From a virus: 42,323 nt of DNA. The stretch spans positions 1 to 42,323 of the IMG/VR virus record IMGVR_UViG_3300031933_000299; one strand, written 5' to 3'. Below the pieces are notes generated by a model, which was not told the DNA's origin, made no database searches, and saw only the letters and a program-made list of their open reading frames with translations. Positions 37,022 to 42,323 of the stretch are shown one piece after another. The position numbers and the translations under genes are program-made. Positions within the stretch are counted from its first letter, which is position 1; every line of letters starts with the position of its first letter.

Positions 37022-38983
37022 GTGGTTGTCGAAGGCGATATCCTCAGTATCAATGATGTGAAGCACTGCAAACTCGCTTTCTGTCCGGAAGGAGACAGCA
37101 TCAGATACACAATTCACTCTCCAATCTTTTACAAGGAAAAACAGCCCGCTACAGACACGTTTCCAAATGGTATCTTGGATAGTAGACTCGTGAACATCAT
37201 TAAATCACGTGTGCTTGACTATTTAATAGACGATAATCGTGATGACATGGACAACAGTGCCCTGCGGGAAGATGTTGCTATTGGGTTGTCTGTTCACAAA
37301 ATATGCGAAGAGGTATGTGAACAGGATTGGTATTACTCGAATAGTCAACGAAAGGGGAAGTGGTTCGGGTACACTGTTCCACCCGGCTATGACATCAATG
37401 CTGGGTGTATCCGTTTGGAAAAGTACTCGGGCGACGAGCCATACTACATCACTTTCTGTAGGACACCCTGTATACCAATTGCCACCGGTCAGAACATCGA
37501 CACCGGTGAATATTGGGTTCAGCTCAGGTTCATGAATATCTACAACAGAGTGCATGATGAGTGGGTATCTCAACAAGATGCACTGAGTAGACGAGGTATC
37601 ATGAAACTTGCGGACCGCGGGATCAATCTAATCGAGAAGGACAGCTCAACGATGAATGCATATCTCAGTACATGTCTACAAGTGAACGGAATGGACATGC
37701 CGCGAAGATTCGTGACGGAGAAAAACGGATGGAAATGTGATAATACCATATTTGCATTCGGAAAACGTGGATTTTCAAATGGTGAGATATTGAACATAGT
37801 TCCACTTAGAAAAGAGGCATACAATGGACTCCGGGTATGTGGTGATATCAATACATGGATTAATGCAGTCAGACCAATCATACACTTGCCACTTGTGCGG
37901 TTGAAGATGTATGCGGTTTTTGCATCTCCTCTGCTGAGATTATTGAACGTACAATCATTCATTCTTGATCATAATGGTGAGTCGTCAATTGGTAAAACGT
38001 TCACAAACGATCTGGCAATGTCGATGATTGGTGATGCTGATACCCTGAGGTTCAATGGTGATACAACCAAGACAGCTGCAGAGATCCTCGCAGAAATGTA
38101 CACAGATCTACCACTCTACCTGGATGAGACGGGTACTCAACAATCTGATGATGTTTTGAAGGCACTCATATACATGCTTGCTAATGAACAGGGGAGGATG
38201 AGAGGCCACAAGGACGGTGGACTGCGTGAAACGGGCAAATGGAAGACCGTGGCACTCACTACAGGGGAAAAGCCACTAACCTCCCACAAGTCGTTCTCTG
38301 GCCAGCAGGTGAGAGTCATTGAGGTCCGGGGTGGACTGTCACAGGGTGTTATTGATGATGTTAAAGTTGCTGCAGATGTTCGAAAGGAGAACTATGGACA
38401 TTTTGCAGAGCTATATTTTGCTAAACTTGCCGAATATGCTCCAAGACTTCGCGACATGTACGACATGACAAGGTCTAGGTACACGACCAAGGACAACGTC
38501 AAAACAAACCGGGTTGCAAGTTCTTTCGCAGCTATGATGGTTGCGGGTATGCTACTTGAGGATATCTTCAGCGACGTGGGTATTGATCCAGCTGAGCCAC
38601 ATACTATTGTTGACAGGTTCTTTGCCAAAACTATAGACAACAGTGTTACAGAGAACTATTCTACAAGAGCACTGCAAACATTGATCGACTGGGTGCAAAC
38701 CAAGAACGCGTGTTTCTATGATGCTGGAAATCCCGAGAACCAGAAAGGAAACGAATTCTATGGATGGATCGAGAACGGATATCTTGATATTATAATCACA
38801 GAAGCAAGAAAGACACTTGAAAAGAACGGATATGATCCCACCCGATCAATCAACGACTGGAAAGACGACGGTATAACAAAAACATCGAAGGGGAGAAACG
38901 ACTACCTTGCCAAACACAATGGCAAAAATCACAGGGTAATTAGATTGTTGTTAGAAGAGGTGAATAATGTACTGCATAGATAA
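37022..38983 (+). CDS. DUF927-containing replicative helicase (Cch-like AAA+)
   Basis: GWK in the DUF927-like region; Walker A GESSIGKT; Walker B LYLDE; LANEQGRMR; TTGEKPL; QQVRVIEV. Confidence 0.85.
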   Translation: MVVEGDILSINDVKHCKLAFCPEGDSIRYTIHSPIFYKEKQPATDTFPNGILDSRLVNIIKSRVLDYLIDDNRDDMDNSALREDVAIGLSVHKICEEVCEQDWYYSNSQRKGKWFGYTVPPGYDINAGCIRLEKYSGDEPYYITFCRTPCIPIATGQNIDTGEYWVQLRFMNIYNRVHDEWVSQQDALSRRGIMKLADRGINLIEKDSSTMNAYLSTCLQVNGMDMPRRFVTEKNGWKCDNTIFAFGKRGFSNGEILNIVPLRKEAYNGLRVCGDINTWINAVRPIIHLPLVRLKMYAVFASPLLRLLNVQSFILDHNGESSIGKTFTNDLAMSMIGDADTLRFNGDTTKTAAEILAEMYTDLPLYLDETGTQQSDDVLKALIYMLANEQGRMRGHKDGGLRETGKWKTVALTTGEKPLTSHKSFSGQQVRVIEVRGGLSQGVIDDVKVAADVRKENYGHFAELYFAKLAEYAPRLRDMYDMTRSRYTTKDNVKTNRVASSFAAMMVAGMLLEDIFSDVGIDPAEPHTIVDRFFAKTIDNSVTENYSTRALQTLIDWVQTKNACFYDAGNPENQKGNEFYGWIENGYLDIIITEARKTLEKNGYDPTRSINDWKDDGITKTSKGRNDYLAKHNGKNHRVIRLLLEEVNNVLHR

Positions 38984-39002
38984 ACAATGTAATAATCATA
39001 TA

Positions 39003-39267
39003 GTAACCTACGGTAACCATATAGTAACCTATAATAATAATAATAAAAACAATAACAGTAGACATATAGTAACCAAGGTAACCAAGGTAACCAATATATT
39101 ACATAATGTGTGTAAAATCCACATACTACTAGTAACAATTTATAAAGTATTAAATTCCCATATATACACACAAAAACTTGGTTACAGTGGTTACTTTGGT
39201 TACCTATGCCTTTTGATATCGTTTTTTGTAAAATTTGCTTGGTTACCTGTAAAAATAGGGTGGTTAC
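39003..39267. repeat. Putative replication origin with convergent GTAACC/GGTTAC iterons
   Basis: GTAACC at 39003, 39013, 39024, 39069, 39078, 39087; GGTTAC at 39180, 39189, 39198, 39241, 39262; AT-rich spacers; directly after the helicase. Confidence 0.75.
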
Positions 39268-39268
39268 T

Positions 39269-39541
39269 ATGAGCAAGTTTCTTGACGACTACTTGACAAG
39301 GTTCCCAGATTTGCCAAAACCGAAGTTGGAAATTAGGACAGACGGGAAGGAAATAAAAAACGTAAGAGGCGAACTTGCATGTTTAGATCAGGCAATTATC
39401 AATCATGTGAGGAAAAAGTATCCTTCAATGTTTGTTCCTGATCTTAACGAGTTTGTTCTTGAATTCTGCAATGAACATCCTTACAGAGGATCAATTGTTC
39501 AGAGTCGTGCTGAAAAGCTAAGGTCTAGAGGGTGGAAATGA
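39269..39541 (+). CDS. Hypothetical protein
   Basis: ATG 39269; 90 aa. Confidence 0.55.
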   Translation: MSKFLDDYLTRFPDLPKPKLEIRTDGKEIKNVRGELACLDQAIINHVRKKYPSMFVPDLNEFVLEFCNEHPYRGSIVQSRAEKLRSRGWK

Positions 39542-39714
39542 AACCATATTTCAAACCCTTCCACACCCGGTGTCCTTCCTGCCGAAAACACATCTACATC
39601 ATGTCAGAAGATCAGAAGACAGTGTTCTGTGCAAATTGTGGTGATAAGTGGAACATCACGTTCACGATTCGCAAGAAAGTGAAGTTATCGAAGATAACAT
39701 CCGGAGGAAAATAA
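39538..39714 (+). CDS. Zn-ribbon protein
   Basis: CPSC...CANC. Confidence 0.65.
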   Translation: MKPYFKPFHTRCPSCRKHIYIMSEDQKTVFCANCGDKWNITFTIRKKVKLSKITSGGK

Positions 39715-40169
39715 TGTCCACACAAAAACTAACAAAATGGAATTGGACCCATCAAAGGATGAAAGCAGCTAAACTGATGGCAACCACCAGCATGACACAT
39801 GAAGAAATTTCAAAAGAATGTGGGGTCAGAAGAGAGACTGTCACCGTTTGGAACCAACATCCCGATTTTAAAGAGAAGGTTACAGAGTTGATTCTCCTCG
39901 ATGAGAGAGCAACAAAGGCAGGCATTCTCAAAAGAGCAATGGATTCGCTTGAAAAGAAGACAGAAAAAGTCGACGATGACAAGACCACCGAATTGGATTA
40001 TCTCAAATTCATCTCAGAGTTCCAGGGCCACACAAAGCAAGGTGGTGATCTCATTATCAATAATGCTACTGCAGTTGTGATGTCACCAGAGGTTTCCGAA
40101 AAGGCGAACGAGTTGTCAAGGATTTTGACATTGAATGCGATTGAGCAGGAGGAAGCTGATGAGCAGTGA
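39714..40169 (+). CDS. terS: Terminase small subunit
   Basis: N-terminal HTH (THEEISKECGVRRETVTVW); directly upstream of terL. Confidence 0.75.
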   Translation: MSTQKLTKWNWTHQRMKAAKLMATTSMTHEEISKECGVRRETVTVWNQHPDFKEKVTELILLDERATKAGILKRAMDSLEKKTEKVDDDKTTELDYLKFISEFQGHTKQGGDLIINNATAVVMSPEVSEKANELSRILTLNAIEQEEADEQ

Positions 40170-41574
40170 AATACCTCCCGAAATGTATACAGTCACACCG
40201 GCACTCTTTGCACAGTACTGCAGCCGGTTCAAGTGGTTTGCTTATGAATATCTTCTTGTGCTGTCAGATGCTCTTATCAAAGTTGCAACCGGGGAAACAA
40301 AGCACCTCATGATATTCATGCCACCAAGACATGGGAAATCCGAGCTTGCATCAAAGTATTTCCCTGCCTGGTTCCTTGGACACAACCCTGACAAAAGAGT
40401 CATGTTGACTTCATATGAAGCAGACTTTGCAGCTTCTTGGGGATACAAGGCCAGAAACATCCTTGATGAAAATGGTCACCTGTTTGGCCTGAAAGTATCC
40501 GGTGCATCTGCCGCAAGAAACAGGTGGGACATTGAAGGACACAACGGTGGAATGGTCACTGCTGGTGTAGGTGGCCCAATCACAGGAAAGGGAGCTCACC
40601 TTCTAATCATTGATGATCCTGTCAAGAACTCCGAGGATGCCAATTCAAAGACCATGCGAGACAAGGCAGCCGAATGGTACAAGTCAACTGCATATACCAG
40701 ACTTGAACCAGGTGGAGCTGTTATCATCATTCAAACAAGGTGGCATGAAGATGATCTGTCAGGCAGACTACTTGAAGAAGAACCTGACAAATGGACCGTT
40801 ATCAATCTACCTGCGATTGCAGAGGAAGAAGATCCTTTGGGCAGGATGCCTGGTGAAGCACTATCACCTCATCGTTACACCGTTGAAGATCTCACAGAGA
40901 TTAAGAACACACTTGGTCCACATTGGTTCAGTGCTCTTTATCAGCAGCATCCACAGCCACTTGAAGGAGCTATCTTCAAACAACCACATTTCAAATACTG
41001 GAAACCTATCTCAGACGGATATGATCTCGGTGGGAAGAGAGTTCCTGCTTCAACATGCAGGGTATTTCAGACATGTGATCCAGCGGCTTCTACCAAATCC
41101 ACTGCTGATTATTTTGTACTTGGAACATGGGCACAGACAAAAGATAACGACTTGATTCTGCTTGATCTGTTGAGGAACAGGCTCGAAGGACCTGACCAGG
41201 TCAACCTCTTCAAATCTCAATATCAAAAGTACAGTCCAGCATTCCAGGCAGTTGAATCAAACGGTGCTGGTAAGGTTCTCTATCAGATGCTTGTGAGGGA
41301 AGGACTGCCAGTGAGGGAACTCAAAGCTGACAAAGACAAGGTCACAAGGGCTTTACCTGCAGCTGCACGAATGGAAGCCGGTACAATATATTTTCCCGCA
41401 AAAGCTCCATGGTTGGGTGATTTTGAGAACGAGCTTTTATCGTTCCCGTCTGGTGTGCATGATGACCAGGTTGATGTTTTGAGTTATGCAGTTCAGCTTG
41501 TGATTCAGAAGAGAGAGTCAAAGGTTCCAAAATTCAATACAGGTTTTGGAATTTCAGGTGGGATGAGAATATGA
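40159..41574 (+). CDS. terL: Terminase large subunit
   Basis: Walker A MPPRHGKS; Walker B LLIIDDP; IQTRWHEDDL; nuclease domain CDPA...DY; HDDQVD. Confidence 0.96.
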   Translation: MSSEIPPEMYTVTPALFAQYCSRFKWFAYEYLLVLSDALIKVATGETKHLMIFMPPRHGKSELASKYFPAWFLGHNPDKRVMLTSYEADFAASWGYKARNILDENGHLFGLKVSGASAARNRWDIEGHNGGMVTAGVGGPITGKGAHLLIIDDPVKNSEDANSKTMRDKAAEWYKSTAYTRLEPGGAVIIIQTRWHEDDLSGRLLEEEPDKWTVINLPAIAEEEDPLGRMPGEALSPHRYTVEDLTEIKNTLGPHWFSALYQQHPQPLEGAIFKQPHFKYWKPISDGYDLGGKRVPASTCRVFQTCDPAASTKSTADYFVLGTWAQTKDNDLILLDLLRNRLEGPDQVNLFKSQYQKYSPAFQAVESNGAGKVLYQMLVREGLPVRELKADKDKVTRALPAAARMEAGTIYFPAKAPWLGDFENELLSFPSGVHDDQVDVLSYAVQLVIQKRESKVPKFNTGFGISGGMRI

Positions 41575-41597
41575 ATACGTTTTTTGGGTTCCGCTCT

Positions 41598-42288
41598 CCC
41601 ATAGTATAGGAAGTTTTGAACATGAAAGTTTTGATAGCTTGTGAGTTTAGCGGAATTGTCAGAACTGCATTTGAGGAAGCCGGACACGATGCTATGTCAT
41701 GCGATCTTTTGCCTTCGGAGATTCCAGGTAATCACTATCAAGGTGATGTTAGAGAGGTTCTTAATAATGGTTGGGATATGATGGTTTGTCATCCTCCGTG
41801 TACTCATCTGGCTGTGTCTGGTGCTAGATGGTTCAAAGGCAAGCAGGAAGAACAAAAGGAAGCTCTGGAGTTTGTCAGGATTCTAATGTCTGCTCCTATT
41901 GAAAAGATAGCTCTGGAGAATCCTGTGAGCATAATTAGTTCACATATCAGGAAACCAGATCAATATATTCAACCGTGGCAATTCGGACACCCAGAAACCA
42001 AAAAAACAGGATTGTGGTTAAAGGGTTTGCCTTGTCTGAAACCTACTAAAATAGTAGAAGGCAGAGAAAACAGAGTGCATAGAATGCCACCATCAGAGGA
42101 TAGATGGAAGGAACGAAGCCGGACTTATACGGGTATTGCTAAAGCTATGGCTGAACAGTGGACTACCTAAACCACCCAATAAAGGAAAACAGAATGAAGA
42201 TAACCCATAAAGAAGGAAAACATGAACAGAAAACTACGTGAGTGGATAGATCAGAAGTATTCAGAAACCCCATAATAAAGGAAGTGGA
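41598..42288 (+). repeat. Intergenic repeat CCCATA-N5-GGAA, cluster 3 (41598; variant 42169; 42202; 42266)
   Basis: cccatagtataggaagt; taaaccacccaataaaggaaaac (23/23 identical to 9016-9038); aacccataaagaaggaaaac; aaccccataataaaggaagtg. Confidence 0.88.
41622..42170 (+). CDS. C5-cytosine DNA methyltransferase-like protein
   Basis: MKVLIACEFSG (motif I variant), HPPC (motif IV), LENP (motif VI). Confidence 0.85.
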   Translation: MKVLIACEFSGIVRTAFEEAGHDAMSCDLLPSEIPGNHYQGDVREVLNNGWDMMVCHPPCTHLAVSGARWFKGKQEEQKEALEFVRILMSAPIEKIALENPVSIISSHIRKPDQYIQPWQFGHPETKKTGLWLKGLPCLKPTKIVEGRENRVHRMPPSEDRWKERSRTYTGIAKAMAEQWTT

Positions 42289-42323
42289 ACGATGGAAGAT
42301 GAAGATTTTATCATGGAAGAACC

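Larger units (their letters stand above)
8528..42268 (+). mobile_element. Apparently complete 33.7-kb archaeal head-tail virus (Caudoviricetes, siphovirus-like), circularly closable
   Basis: Terminase, portal, MuF, protease, HK97-type MCP, neck, tail tube, chaperone and tape measure genes. 42269-42323 is identical to 8528-8582, and closing the circle places terL upstream of portal. Confidence 0.9.

Noticed and set aside
38929-39276. ORFs 38967-39272 (+) and 38929-39276 (-)
   Set aside because: Low-complexity translations of the iteron/AT-rich origin region.
7897-42288. CRISPR array or mini-array formed by the CCCATA…GGAAG repeats
   Set aside because: Copies are degenerate, about 17-21 nt, irregularly spaced and separated by ORFs rather than uniform spacers; no cas genes.
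8528-42323. 55-bp repeats as biological terminal repeats or attL/attR of a provirus
   Set aside because: The length equals a common assembler k-mer, the repeat cuts off inside an ORF at the window end, and the left flank is viral rather than host DNA.

Overview
The window appears to hold two archaeal mobile elements, probably of a Methanosarcinales-type methanogen (inferred from protein families and GGAGGT/GGAAGTG ribosome-binding sites), and no host chromosome. (1) 8528-42268 (33,741 bp) is an apparently complete, circularly closable head-tail (siphovirus-like) virus. The last 55 bp of the window (42269-42323) exactly repeat 8528-8582, and closing the circle restores the order terS-terL-(MTase, small ORFs)-portal-MuF-protease/scaffold-cement-MCP-neck-tail. 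An early arm follows: RHH switch, integrase remnant, Bet/RecT, nucleases, methyltransferases, DUF927 helicase and an iteron origin. (2) 1-8527 is part of a different element, with a membrane-protein cluster, a tyrosine integrase beside a tRNA-Gly-3'-like att core, and a betapleolipovirus-like Rep. It is probably an enveloped pleolipovirus-like virus. The main observations are: a fixed-spacing intergenic motif CCCATA-N5-GGAAG (12 copies including 2 variants) that delimits small-gene cassettes in both elements and marks their junction; a 76-nt tRNA mimic whose anticodon loop is replaced by a GAAA tetraloop; a Csx3-like small protein right after it; a low-GC secreted beta-helix protein next to holin-like genes; a nested scaffold gene with its own promoter; a -1 tail-chaperone frameshift; and an apparent repressor/integrase deletion. 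All family assignments come from motif recognition by eye, not database searches.
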